A stretch of 64,000 nt of DNA from positions 19,089 to 83,088 of the forward strand of contig NZ_CALVHE010000002.1 of NCBI RefSeq assembly GCF_944327235.1, in the 5' to 3' direction. A program made the position numbers and the translations under genes. The DNA comes from an uncultured Desulfovibrio sp. Lineage in GTDB: Bacteria > Desulfobacterota > Desulfovibrionia > Desulfovibrionales > Desulfovibrionaceae. The notes beneath the pieces were generated by a model. That model saw only the letters and a program-made list of their open reading frames with translations. It was not told the origin of the DNA and did no database searches. Shown here in pieces: positions 8,882 to 18,265 of the stretch. Position 1 is the stretch's first letter, and the number at the start of each line of letters is the position of its first letter.

Positions 8882-10297
8882 ATGCCCATGAGCCAGCCCC
8901 ATCCCGCGGAACCGCTCGTCCCGCGCCGACCTCCCATCGAGACGACACTTTTCGACTTCTTCAAGGTCGGGCCGGGCCCGTCGAGTTCGCATACCATCGG
9001 CCCCATGAAGGCCGGGAACGATTTCGTGGAGTGTTGCGCCGCGCTGCCCGCGGACGAACTGGCCCGCGCCGCGGATCTGCAAGTCACCCTGCTGGGCTCG
9101 CTCAGCGCCACGGGCAAGGGGCACGGGACCGATACGGCGGTACTGGCCGGTCTGCTGGGCAGCAGGCCGGAAAGCTGTTCGCCGGAGGTGCTGCCCTCCC
9201 TGCGTGCCGGCGGCGCGCAGGCCCGGCATGTCCTGCGACTGGGCGGCAAGGAACTTTCCCTTGGGCTGGGCAATATCTGTTTCGGGCCTGTGCAGCACGA
9301 TGCGCCGTTCAGTAATACGCTGCGCTGTTCGCTGCGGGATGCGGCGGGCAGGGAGATCTTCGGCAGGGAATATTATTCCGTGGGCGGCGGCTTCATCCAG
9401 TGGAGAGGCTGGACGCCGCCGGAACGCGGTCGCCCCGTGCATCCGTACGGTACCATGCGGGAGCTGCATCGCTGCCTCAACGAGACCGGCTTGACCCTGC
9501 ATGAACTCATCCTGGAAAACGAGACCGCCATCACCGGCATGTCCCGTCCGGCCATCCTGGAGCGGTTGGACGACATGATGGACGCCATGTACGACAGCGT
9601 CCGGCGCGGCCTGCGGGGCAGCGGGCGGCTGCCGGGGACGCTGGGCGTCTGGCGCAAGGCCGGGGCACTGCTGGAGCGGGCCGCCGCCCTGCCGTACATG
9701 GTGGACCGCTTTCTGGGCAAGCTCAATGCCTATGCCTTTGCCGTGGCCGAGGAGAACGCCTCCGGCGGGGTCATCGTCACCGCGCCGACCTGCGGGGCCG
9801 CCGGGGTCATGCCGGCCTTGCTCTATGCCATGCGTCAGGATCTCAACATCGGTGAGCGGGCCTTGCGTGAAGGGCTGCTGGCGTCGGCGGCCGTGGGCTT
9901 TCTGGCCAAGCACAATGCGGGCATAGCCGGTGCGGAAGTGGGCTGCCAGGGCGAAGTTGGCGTGGCCTCGGCCATGGGCGCGGCCATGCTGACCCATGCG
10001 CGCGGCAATGCCGCCACCGTGGTGGAAAACGCGGCGGAAGTGGCCCTTGAGCATCATCTGGGGCTGACCTGCGACCCTGTGGGCGGGTATGTGCAGGTGC
10101 CCTGCATAGAACGCAACGCCGTGGGGGCCATCAAGGCCTATAACGCCTCCCTGCTGGCGACCTGTGAGGAGAGCGCGCATCACCTCGTTTCGCTGGACGC
10201 GGCCATCATGGCCATGGGCGAGACTGGGCGCGAGATGAGCGCGAAGTTCAAGGAGACCAGCGAGGGCGGTCTTGCCGTCAGCATCGTGGAATGTTGA
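8882..10297 (+). CDS. sdaA: L-serine ammonia-lyase (iron-sulfur dependent, single chain)
   Basis: N-terminal FDFFKVGPGPSSSHTIGPM signature. The C-terminal alpha-domain carries the CIERN and LxCDPV blocks. Confidence 0.9.
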   Translation: MPMSQPHPAEPLVPRRPPIETTLFDFFKVGPGPSSSHTIGPMKAGNDFVECCAALPADELARAADLQVTLLGSLSATGKGHGTDTAVLAGLLGSRPESCSPEVLPSLRAGGAQARHVLRLGGKELSLGLGNICFGPVQHDAPFSNTLRCSLRDAAGREIFGREYYSVGGGFIQWRGWTPPERGRPVHPYGTMRELHRCLNETGLTLHELILENETAITGMSRPAILERLDDMMDAMYDSVRRGLRGSGRLPGTLGVWRKAGALLERAAALPYMVDRFLGKLNAYAFAVAEENASGGVIVTAPTCGAAGVMPALLYAMRQDLNIGERALREGLLASAAVGFLAKHNAGIAGAEVGCQGEVGVASAMGAAMLTHARGNAATVVENAAEVALEHHLGLTCDPVGGYVQVPCIERNAVGAIKAYNASLLATCEESAHHLVSLDAAIMAMGETGREMSAKFKETSEGGLAVSIVEC

Positions 10298-10331
10298 ACA
10301 GTCTTCCTTCCCCCCTCTCTCCCCCCCCGTG

Positions 10332-10362
10332 AGGCCGCTGTACCGCAGCGGCCTTTTCTTTC
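10332..10362 (+). terminator. Rho-independent terminator after sdaA
   Basis: AGGCCGCTG-TACCG-CAGCGGCCT followed by TTTTCTTT. Confidence 0.75.
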
Positions 10363-10431
10363 CGCGCAACCGGGTGGCGAGGAGGGCCGGGACAGCCCCC
10401 GCAGGCGTTTTTTTGCCGTGTCTGATGGGGG

Positions 10432-11259
10432 TCAGGCCTGATCGAGGCCCGCGCGTTCCTCCGGGCTCAGCCAGTCCATCCACTGGCGGCTCATCCGTTC
10501 AAAGTCGTTGATGGCCAGTTCCCGCGCCCATTTCTGGGTGCTGTTCCCTTCCCAGGGCTTGGGGCCGTGGAAATGGACGATATGGGCCGTGGCATGGCAG
10601 TCCGCATGATAGGGCGGACGGTTCCAGCGATCGTCCAGACGGGTGATGCGTTTACCGAAGTAGTAGTTGAGCAGGGACTGGTCGAGATTGCCGATGCGGT
10701 CGAGGTTCTGCTGGCTGAAGGCCAGGAAATGGTCGATGAGCCGCAGACGACGCAGGCGGGCCAGATTGAAGAGCGTGACCCCGCTGGAGAACGTCCAGAT
10801 GGGGAAGGGCATGGGCACGGTATAGGTCCTGCCGTCCAGCTCGTAGGTCAGCTTGCTGTGCTCGTGGTAGAAGGGGGTGGTGTATTCCCGCGCCATGCCC
10901 ATATAGGGCGGGCGCAGGGCAAAGAGTTCGTCCAGGGGCCGCAGGAACATGACGTCCGTATCGCAGTAGAGCACGAAGTCGTCCCCGGCGAGTTCCGGCA
11001 GCAGCGCCAGTTCCAGTTTGAGGAAGCATCCTCGCGAGGAACGGACGTGCTCGCCCGCTCCCTCGAAGGAGAGACGCGGCGTGTGGCGCGCCACAGTGAT
11101 GTCCTCCCCGGCCAGCAGATCCAGCGTGGTCCGGCTGTCGCCCGCATAGACGCAGAGGCAGGGGGCGTCCCGCCCCATGACCTGCCGCAGGGAGCGTACG
11201 GCGACCTTGAGCAGGGTCAGGTAGCGTGGCTTGTCATCGGTGCAGAAGACTACTTTCAT
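10432..11259 (-). CDS. Glycosyltransferase family 8-like protein
   Basis: Start at ATG 11259 (MKVVFCTDD...). Pattern YCDTDVMF (DxD) plus LNYYF...RWN, typical of GT8 LPS/glycogenin-type transferases. Confidence 0.7.
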   Translation of the reverse strand: MKVVFCTDDKPRYLTLLKVAVRSLRQVMGRDAPCLCVYAGDSRTTLDLLAGEDITVARHTPRLSFEGAGEHVRSSRGCFLKLELALLPELAGDDFVLYCDTDVMFLRPLDELFALRPPYMGMAREYTTPFYHEHSKLTYELDGRTYTVPMPFPIWTFSSGVTLFNLARLRRLRLIDHFLAFSQQNLDRIGNLDQSLLNYYFGKRITRLDDRWNRPPYHADCHATAHIVHFHGPKPWEGNSTQKWARELAINDFERMSRQWMDWLSPEERAGLDQA

Positions 11260-11293
11260 CCTGGCTGTCCTGTGGACGGCGGCGGCTCCGCCG

Positions 11294-12556
11294 TCAGATT
11301 TGCAATGCCTGCGCAAGGCGCTGATGCGGCCCGGCAAAAAAGGCGGCGGCATCCTGCCGGAGGGCTTCCGCCTGTGCGGCAAGCTCCGTCTCTCCGGCGG
11401 TCAAAAGTTCCGCCATCATGTCCTGAAGGCGTTTTTCCCGCACGTCGGGCGTGAGCAGATAGTCCATCAGCTCTTCCCGCAGCGGGGTGAGGGTCCGGGT
11501 ATCCTCCGGAGCCACGCGGCTCGCAAAGGCCAGCAGGGGCAGGAGGGTCTCCGGCGAGGCGTGCAGGCGCGTGGCCAGCGTCAGGGTGTCCAGCGCGTCG
11601 CGGAACCGTCCCTGCGCCTCCTGCTGCCGGGCCAGCAGCAGCAAGCCCTCCTGCCAGAGCGGTTCTTGCTGTACGGCTTCGGCCAGCGCGGCCCCTGCCT
11701 GCCGCAACAGCCGCAGCCGGGCCGTCGGCGGCAGGCCGGGCGCGACGGTCAGCCACGGCGAGAGTTCCGGCTGATAGCCGTCGGCACGCCAGTGGGCCGG
11801 TTCGTCCATATGCAGCAGATGGCGGCACAACGCGAAGCAGCGGGCGCTGTTGGCTTCTTCCCAGTCCCGGCGGCCTTCGCTTTGTCCGGCCAGATGGATG
11901 ATGCGCGCTTCGGGGATGACGCGCTGATGCAGGCCCTCGCGGCAGAGGCGCGCGCAGAATTCCACATCCTCGAAACCGTTGATGAAGCCCTCATCCAGCC
12001 CGCCCAGCGCCAGATAGCGCTGCCGGGGGATGAGCAGGGCGGCGGCGGTGATAATCTGCAGGCGGCGGGGCCGCGTGACGACGGGATGGTGCGCGGGCAG
12101 GTATTCGTAGAGGTGGCTGACCCGGCTGCCGGGCGAGAGGACGACCCCGAGGTGCTGCACCCTGTGCAGACCGTCCCTGTCCGGGAGATAGAGCAACAGA
12201 GGCCCGGCAGCGCCGAGTCTCGGGTCCTCGTCGAAGGCGCGCAGCAGCGGCGACGCCCAGCCCGGCTGGGGAAGGGTGTCATTGTTGAGCAGGAAGAGCC
12301 AGTCGCCTCGAGCGGCCGCCGCGGCGATATTGCAGGCCCCGGCGAAGTTCTTGTTCTCCGTTTGCGGCAGAAGGCGGAAGCGCTCTCCGAACAGGCTGCG
12401 GCCCAGCGTCGGACAGGCCCGCGGCGTGGCGTCCGAGGAGGCGTTGTCCACGACGATGACTTCCAGATCCTGTCCTTCGCGGCTTGCCGCGAGCGCTTCC
12501 AGACAGGCGCGGGTCAGTTCCCAGTTGTTGTAGACGGGGATGAGGACGGAGATCAT
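11294..12556 (-). CDS. Glycosyltransferase family 2 protein with helical-repeat C-terminal extension
   Basis: N-terminus ISVLIPVYNNWELTRACLEAL...VIVVDNASSD is the classic GT2 fold signature. The C-terminal about 170 aa are Leu/Ala-rich and helical. Confidence 0.85.
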   Translation of the reverse strand: MISVLIPVYNNWELTRACLEALAASREGQDLEVIVVDNASSDATPRACPTLGRSLFGERFRLLPQTENKNFAGACNIAAAAARGDWLFLLNNDTLPQPGWASPLLRAFDEDPRLGAAGPLLLYLPDRDGLHRVQHLGVVLSPGSRVSHLYEYLPAHHPVVTRPRRLQIITAAALLIPRQRYLALGGLDEGFINGFEDVEFCARLCREGLHQRVIPEARIIHLAGQSEGRRDWEEANSARCFALCRHLLHMDEPAHWRADGYQPELSPWLTVAPGLPPTARLRLLRQAGAALAEAVQQEPLWQEGLLLLARQQEAQGRFRDALDTLTLATRLHASPETLLPLLAFASRVAPEDTRTLTPLREELMDYLLTPDVREKRLQDMMAELLTAGETELAAQAEALRQDAAAFFAGPHQRLAQALQI

Positions 12557-12630
12557 GGTTCAGCTCGCGATGTCGCCACGGGCGGCGTCCCGGAGGAACA
12601 TGCCGGGAACGGCCGTGGCCATGCCTCGGA

Positions 12631-13443
12631 TCAGAAGGGCAGGAAACGGCGTTCGCCGCCCACCACGATGCCGCTTTCCCGATAGCCGTAGCTGCGGGCA
12701 TAGCGGACCAGTTCGTCGAACTGTCCGGCCAGGTCTTCCGGCCTGTGGGCATCCGAGGCCAGCATGATGCGGACATCCTCGCGGGCGGCGATGTCCATGA
12801 TCATGGGACCGGGATAGGGCTCGCAGAAGGGTTGCCGCAGACCGGCGGAAGAGACTTCCAGCAGGACGTCGTTCTGGCGCAGGGCCTGCATGGCCTCCAT
12901 GATGGGCAGGCGGCTCATGGGCTGATAAAGCCATTCCTGGAAGAGGTCGAAGCAGTGCAGCTTGATGAAGTCGGGATGGGAGGCCACATGGACGAGGCCG
13001 CTGCGGGCCATTTCCGCCATGGCCTTGTAATAGTCCTCGAAGCGGCGGAAGGCCTCTTCCACGGGGCAGTCCCAGTTGGCGTTGAAGCCGATGGACATGT
13101 CCCCCAGGAAATGCAGCGAGCCGATGACGTAGTCAAAGGGCTTGCCGGCCAGCAGGTCGCGCATGTACGGCATGTTGGACGGGATCCAGTCCAGTTCGAT
13201 GCCCAGCAGCACCTGCGGGGCGCCGCCCCGTTGCTTGAGGGCCAGCACCTCGTCGCAGAGGGCGGGGAAGTCCCGTTCGAAATGCTCCTGATAGAGGCGG
13301 CAGGAAAAACCGGGCGGGAGCGGGCTGTGCTCGGAGATGCCCAGATATTCCAGACCGGCCTCACGGGCGGCGGCGTACATCTCCTCCACACTGGCTATGC
13401 CGTGGGATACCTTGGTATGGGTATGCAAATCCGCAAGAATCAT
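12631..13443 (-). CDS. PHP-family histidinol-phosphatase-like hydrolase
   Basis: MILADLHTHTKVSHG metal-binding motif, LGISEHSP, and later GSLH and SDAH motifs of the HisJ/PHP family. Confidence 0.8.
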   Translation of the reverse strand: MILADLHTHTKVSHGIASVEEMYAAAREAGLEYLGISEHSPLPPGFSCRLYQEHFERDFPALCDEVLALKQRGGAPQVLLGIELDWIPSNMPYMRDLLAGKPFDYVIGSLHFLGDMSIGFNANWDCPVEEAFRRFEDYYKAMAEMARSGLVHVASHPDFIKLHCFDLFQEWLYQPMSRLPIMEAMQALRQNDVLLEVSSAGLRQPFCEPYPGPMIMDIAAREDVRIMLASDAHRPEDLAGQFDELVRYARSYGYRESGIVVGGERRFLPF

Positions 13444-14450
13444 GCTTCCTCCGCAGGGGCGCCGCAGGACGCCGGGCAGGGTTGAAGGGACATATCGTCT
13501 GTTGCCGTCAGGGCGGCGGCCAGCAGGCTGCGCGCGCAGGCCACATCCCGCGTTATCTGCCGCATGAGCGCCTCGGGGCCGTCAAAGCGGCGTTCCTCGC
13601 GCAGACGCGCCACGAAATCCAGGCGCAGCATCCGTCCATAAAGATCGCCGTGCGCATCGAGCAGGAAGCTTTCCACGCTGAGCGCCGCACCGCCGAACGT
13701 GGGATTGTGCCCGATGTTGGTCACTGCCTGCTGCACGCCGGGCAGCCCGTCCACTCGGGCCAGCGTGGCGTAGACGCCGGGCGGCGGCAGCAGGGTCTCC
13801 GGCAGGGCCATATTGGCCGTGGGGAAGCCCAGCCCTGTGCCGCGTCCCATGCCGTGGGCGATGGGGCCTTCGCAGCTGTGGCAGGTCCCCAGCAGGGCCG
13901 CGGCCGTCTCGACGTCCCCTTCGGCCACGCAGCGGCGGATGCGCGAGGAGCTGACGACGCTGCCCAGATGGAGCACTGGCTCCAGTTGCTCCACGCTGAA
14001 ACTGTATTTTTCGCCCAGGCTGCGCAGGACATCAGGGCCGCCGCTGCGGCCCCTGCCCAGCGAGAAATCATGACCGATGAGCAGATGCCGCACATTGAGC
14101 GGCATGAGCTGCTGACGGACGAATTCCTCAGGCGCGGTGATGGCCAGCGCGGGGGTGAAGGGGAGTTCCAGCAGCTCATCCACGCCCAGAGCAAGGATGC
14201 GGCGGCGGCGTTCCGCGCGGCTGGTCAGGGGCGGCGGGGCTTGTCCGCTGCCCAGTACGGCACGCGGATGCGGCCAGAAGGTCAGCACGAGACAGCGCTC
14301 TCCCCGGGCGCGGGCCACGGCGCAGGTGCGCCGGATCAGGGCCTGATGGCCCAGATGCACGCCGTCGAAATTGCCGATGGTCAGGGCGGCGGGCGGACGC
14401 CTTCCGGCGATGCCGGAAACGGACGCGGATGGGGGGACTGCTGTGCACAT
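13440..14450 (-). CDS. ribF: Bifunctional riboflavin kinase / FMN adenylyltransferase
   Basis: Start moved to ATG 14450, directly after the upstream stop at 14453. Has LTIGNFDGVHLGHQALI (FAD synthetase) and C-terminal riboflavin kinase blocks (GxPTANM, NIGxNPTF). Confidence 0.9.
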   Translation of the reverse strand: MCTAVPPSASVSGIAGRRPPAALTIGNFDGVHLGHQALIRRTCAVARARGERCLVLTFWPHPRAVLGSGQAPPPLTSRAERRRRILALGVDELLELPFTPALAITAPEEFVRQQLMPLNVRHLLIGHDFSLGRGRSGGPDVLRSLGEKYSFSVEQLEPVLHLGSVVSSSRIRRCVAEGDVETAAALLGTCHSCEGPIAHGMGRGTGLGFPTANMALPETLLPPPGVYATLARVDGLPGVQQAVTNIGHNPTFGGAALSVESFLLDAHGDLYGRMLRLDFVARLREERRFDGPEALMRQITRDVACARSLLAAALTATDDMSLQPCPASCGAPAEEA

Positions 14451-14452
14451 GG

Positions 14453-14929
14453 TCAGATGAGACGCCGGAAAATGTCGGTGTAGGCCTTGCGGATGATCAG
14501 CACCAGCTTGAGCTGCAGGGAGCGGGTATCCTTTTCGTTCAACTGGCAGAAGGAACAGAAGTGGCGTGCCACTTCCGTGAAGTCGCTCTCCTTCGTGACG
14601 CGCATCATGTCCCAGTATTGTTCCGCGCGTTCCAGCATCTGCGGCGTCATCTTGTTGTCCTTGTGCCGCTGCCGGTAGGAACGGCAGAAGGCTTCCAGCA
14701 TGGCGTCGGCGTCCTGCGGGAAGGAACGTCCCAGCGCCAGCCGCCAGAGCGCCACATAGAGCCCGCGCCATTCCTGCAGGAGCTGCCTGCGGCGGGTGAA
14801 ATGCAGTCGTCCCACGCCCATGAGGTGCAGATGTGCCGCAAAGTCGGTATCGTCCAGCAGGACGGCGAAATTATCCAGCGCCTCCTGTACGAAATCCTGC
14901 TGGGTCGTTGCGTCAGCCGCTTGTGCCAT
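14453..14929 (-). CDS. Hypothetical protein (158 aa)
   Basis: Tightly packed between the helicase and ribF on the same strand, with plausible composition. No motif recognised. Confidence 0.55.
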   Translation of the reverse strand: MAQAADATTQQDFVQEALDNFAVLLDDTDFAAHLHLMGVGRLHFTRRRQLLQEWRGLYVALWRLALGRSFPQDADAMLEAFCRSYRQRHKDNKMTPQMLERAEQYWDMMRVTKESDFTEVARHFCSFCQLNEKDTRSLQLKLVLIIRKAYTDIFRRLI

Positions 14930-14941
14930 CGCCTGTCCGCC

Positions 14942-16687
14942 TTATTCCGCCTGTGCGCTGGGAGCGGGATCCGAAGAGGCTGCTTCCGCCTGAGCCTTGC
15001 CGCCACGTCCGCGACGCCTGCGCCCGGAACGGCTGCGCGACTTGCGCGCCCCTTCGGCGGCGGGAGCGTCGGAAGGCGTGTCTCCGCCCTCCGTCCGGGA
15101 GGCGGAGTCCTCCCCGTCGGCGTTCCGGCGTTCCGCGGCTTCGCTGTCCCGCTCTTCCCTTTCCCGGCGGGAGGAGCGCTTGCGCCGCGAACGGCCGGAC
15201 TTGCCCTCGCCGGCGGAGCGCTGTTCCGGCAGCCCTTCGGGGAAACGGCTCTCCAGCAGGCTCTGCTGATGGCAGGCGTCGAGCAGCATGGCGAGCATGA
15301 GCTCGCCGTCGCCGCCGTCGTCCTGAGCGGCCAGACTGCGCACCAGCGGCGCATAGCGGGCGACGCGCAGGCGTTCCAGACCATTGAGCTTGCGGAAGCG
15401 GGCTTCCAGGACGGTCAGCAGGCGTGCCCCGGCCACGGCCGCCACGTCCTCGTCCGTGGGGGCGGGCAGCTCGGTGAGGCTGATCTTGAAATGTCGGGCG
15501 ATGCGTTCCAGCTCCATGCGCTGCATGACATCCACCAGAGAGATGACGGTCCCGGCCGCTCCGGCGCGTCCCGTGCGTCCGGCGCGATGGATATAGCTCT
15601 CGTGATCTTCCGGCGGTTCATACAGGAAGACGTGGGACAGCGCGGGGATGTCGATGCCGCGGGCCGCCACGTCCGTGGCCACGAGGTATTGCAGCGCGCC
15701 GCGCCGGATCTTGTCCAGCACGGCCTCGCGGCGGCTCTGGGAAAGATCGGCGGAGAGCTCGTCCGCGCAGTAGCCGAAGCCCTGCAGGACGCTGGTCACA
15801 TAGTGCACATTGGCCTTGGTGTTGCAAAAAATGATGGCGGACGCGGGATTTTCCGTTTCCAGCAGGCGTACGAGCACTCTGTCCTTTTCCATGGGACGGC
15901 AGGCGCAGAACTGATGCTGCACCTCGGCCACATGCACCTCCTTGCGCGAAAGGGAAAGCATGGCCGGGGCGTCCATGAATTCACCGGCCAGACGCAGCAC
16001 ATGCGGCGGATAGGTGGCCGAGAACATGCAGGTATGCACGCGGCGGCGCGGCAGGTGGCGCTGCACTTCCTTCATGTCGGGGTAAAAGCCGATGGAGAGC
16101 ATCCTGTCCGCTTCGTCAAAGACCAGCAGGCGCAGGTCGTCCAGCGAGAGGGTGCGCCGGAGCAGGTGGTCCAGCACGCGGCCGGGCGTGCCCACGATGA
16201 GCTGCGCGCCGTCGCGCAGGGCGTCCATCTGCTTCTTGTAGCCTACGCCGCCGTAGACGGCCGCCGGGCGGATGCCGGTCTCGGCAAAGAGCGTGCGGGC
16301 CTCATGTTCCACCTGTACGGCCAGTTCGCGCGTGGGCACGAGCACAAGGGCCTGCGCGGCCTTCTTTTCCGCGTCGAGACGCGGCAGGAGGGGCAGCAGG
16401 TATGCGCCCGTCTTGCCGCTTCCGGTGCGGGACTGCACCATGATGTCCCGCCCTTCCATGAGGTAGGGCAGGGCGAGGGACTGCACGGGCATGAGGCTCG
16501 TCCAGCCTGCCCGGCCGCAGGCGGCGCGCATGGGCTCCGGCAGCTCGTCCAGACTGACGCGGGGCAGGGCGTCCTCCGGTTCGATGACGGAGATGTGTTC
16601 CTCGATCAGGGCGGCGGCGTCCCCGGCAGGCGCGGCGGGGGTATCGGCAGGCGTGTCGTGAGCGGCTTCGTGTGGCAGTTCGGACAT
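14942..16687 (-). CDS. DEAD-box ATP-dependent RNA helicase with basic Arg/Ser/Gly-rich C-terminal tail
   Basis: Motifs SRTGSGKTGAY (Walker A), DEAD, SAT and HRAGRTGRAG are all present. Confidence 0.95.
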   Translation of the reverse strand: MSELPHEAAHDTPADTPAAPAGDAAALIEEHISVIEPEDALPRVSLDELPEPMRAACGRAGWTSLMPVQSLALPYLMEGRDIMVQSRTGSGKTGAYLLPLLPRLDAEKKAAQALVLVPTRELAVQVEHEARTLFAETGIRPAAVYGGVGYKKQMDALRDGAQLIVGTPGRVLDHLLRRTLSLDDLRLLVFDEADRMLSIGFYPDMKEVQRHLPRRRVHTCMFSATYPPHVLRLAGEFMDAPAMLSLSRKEVHVAEVQHQFCACRPMEKDRVLVRLLETENPASAIIFCNTKANVHYVTSVLQGFGYCADELSADLSQSRREAVLDKIRRGALQYLVATDVAARGIDIPALSHVFLYEPPEDHESYIHRAGRTGRAGAAGTVISLVDVMQRMELERIARHFKISLTELPAPTDEDVAAVAGARLLTVLEARFRKLNGLERLRVARYAPLVRSLAAQDDGGDGELMLAMLLDACHQQSLLESRFPEGLPEQRSAGEGKSGRSRRKRSSRREREERDSEAAERRNADGEDSASRTEGGDTPSDAPAAEGARKSRSRSGRRRRGRGGKAQAEAASSDPAPSAQAE

Positions 16688-16794
16688 GGATTTCTCGGCG
16701 CAAGGCGCAGTTATGGTAAGAAGTGTACCGCTCTATATGGCACAGAAGGCCCGGCTTCGCAAGCCGCCGCCGGGACCGGCCTGTGAAAAAAAAC

Positions 16795-16823
16795 TTGCAA
16801 TTGCCGCAGGCCGGGCCTATCGT
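16795..16823 (+). promoter_or_regulatory. Candidate promoter of the thi operon leader
   Basis: TTGCAA-17 nt-TATCGT preceded by an A-tract, about 20 nt upstream of the riboswitch P1 stem. Confidence 0.4.
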
Positions 16824-16842
16824 ACCTCCATTCCGGCTGGGG

Positions 16843-16947
16843 GAGCCTACTTGACGGCTGAGAAAGGGTGTGAGCGCCCTGACCCCTAGGACATGCGGAT
16901 GCATGTTCCTGTACCTGAAGCAGATAGTGCTGACGAAGGGAAGCTGG
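16843..16947 (+). promoter_or_regulatory. TPP (THI-box) riboswitch aptamer
   Basis: GGGGAGC...GGCTGAGAAA...CCCTGACCC...ACCTGAAGCAGATAGTGCTGACGAAGGGAAG matches the conserved CUGAGA / ACCUGA / GGGAA core. A P1 stem is possible between CCGGCT (16843) and AGCTGG (16942). It lies upstream of thiS-thiG-thiH. Confidence 0.75.
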
Positions 16948-16973
16948 CGACCCGTTTGCCGGGTCTGCGTGTC

Positions 16974-17009
16974 GCCCGCTTCCAGTGATTGGATGCGGGT
17001 ATTTTTTTT
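16974..17009 (+). terminator. Probable riboswitch expression-platform terminator
   Basis: GCCCGC-15 nt loop-GCGGGT followed by T8. The stem is short, so confidence is moderate. Confidence 0.45.
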
Positions 17010-17140
17010 GCTGTCGCGGCGCCCCTGCGGACGGCAGGCTGCCGCGACGGCGAGGTCCCTGATAACGTCAACGAGCGTTTTTCGGCAAGGTCTGTCCCGC
17101 ATGTCCGTTCGGACGGGGCCGCCGGCCGGGAGGAGGCGTC

Positions 17141-17341
17141 ATGCAGCTTACGGTCAATGGAGAAAAAGGCGATTATGCCGACGAGCTCACTGTGGCGGAC
17201 CTGCTGCGCCAGCGCGGACATGATCCGGCGGTGGTCGTGGTGGAGCGCAACGGCGAGATCGTTCCGGCCGCCGCCTTTGCCGCAACGCGGCTTGAGGCGG
17301 GGGACGTGCTGGAGCTGGTGCAGTTCGTGGGAGGCGGTTAG
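17141..17341 (+). CDS. thiS: Sulfur carrier protein ThiS
   Basis: 66 aa with a ubiquitin-like size and a C-terminal GG (…VQFVGGG), upstream of thiG. Confidence 0.9.
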   Translation: MQLTVNGEKGDYADELTVADLLRQRGHDPAVVVVERNGEIVPAAAFAATRLEAGDVLELVQFVGGG

Positions 17342-17477
17342 CCTCCGGTCGGCAGACCAGATGGACGATGAGGCCGCCGTGAGGCGGCGGGGCCGCCATG
17401 TCCTCCCGCACGGGATGACGGCCGGCTGATGTGCCCGCAGGGGCGCAGGATTGCTGCGGGGCAACGGAGTAGAGACA

Positions 17478-18248
17478 GTGGAAGACAAATTCATCCTTGG
17501 CGGCGTGGAACTGAAGAGCCGCCTCTTCATCGGAACGGGCAAATACAGCGCGGACAACCTCATCCCCGCCGTGTGCGAAGCCAGCGGTGCGGAAGTGATC
17601 ACCGTGGCCATGCGCCGCGTGGAAAAGGGACAGCAGGGCATCGTGGCCCATATCCCCAAGACCATGCGTCTCCTGCCCAATACCTCCGGCGCCCGTACCG
17701 CCGAAGAGGCCGTGCGTCTGGCCCGTCTGGCCCGTGCCGCCGGTTGCGGCGACTGGATCAAGATCGAGGTCATCTCCGATGTGCGCCATCTCCTGCCCGA
17801 CGGCTACGAGACGGCCAAGGCCACCGAAGCGCTGGTCAAGGAAGGCTTCACCGTCCTGCCCTACATCAATCCCGATCTTTATGTGGCCCGCGCCTGCGTG
17901 GATGCCGGCGCCGCCGCCGTCATGCCCCTTGGAGCGCCCATCGGCACCAACCGCGGCCTGCGTACCAAGGAAATGATCGGCATCCTCATCGACGAGCTGG
18001 ATGTGCCGATCGTGGTGGATGCGGGCATCGGGCGTCCCTCGCAGGCCTGTGAAGCCATGGAGATGGGCGCCGCGGCCTGTCTGGTCAATACGGCCATCGC
18101 CTCTTCCGCCGACCCGGTGCGCATGGCGTCCGCCTTCCGCGCCGCCGTGGAAGCGGGACGCAATGCCTGGCTGGCCGGGGCCGGAGCCGTCAAGGCCCCT
18201 GGCGAAGCCGCCGAAGCCTCTTCGCCGCTCACCGGTTTCCTGCGCTAG
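17478..18248 (+). CDS. thiG: Thiazole synthase
   Basis: F.LGG...[11 protein letters not shown]-terminal signature. Start placed at GTG 17478, with GGAG 8 nt upstream. The ORF track begins at TTG 17451. Confidence 0.9.
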   Translation: MEDKFILGGVELKSRLFIGTGKYSADNLIPAVCEASGAEVITVAMRRVEKGQQGIVAHIPKTMRLLPNTSGARTAEEAVRLARLARAAGCGDWIKIEVISDVRHLLPDGYETAKATEALVKEGFTVLPYINPDLYVARACVDAGAAAVMPLGAPIGTNRGLRTKEMIGILIDELDVPIVVDAGIGRPSQACEAMEMGAAACLVNTAIASSADPVRMASAFRAAVEAGRNAWLAGAGAVKAPGEAAEASSPLTGFLR

Positions 18249-18265
18249 ACCGGGGGAGGTCCGTC

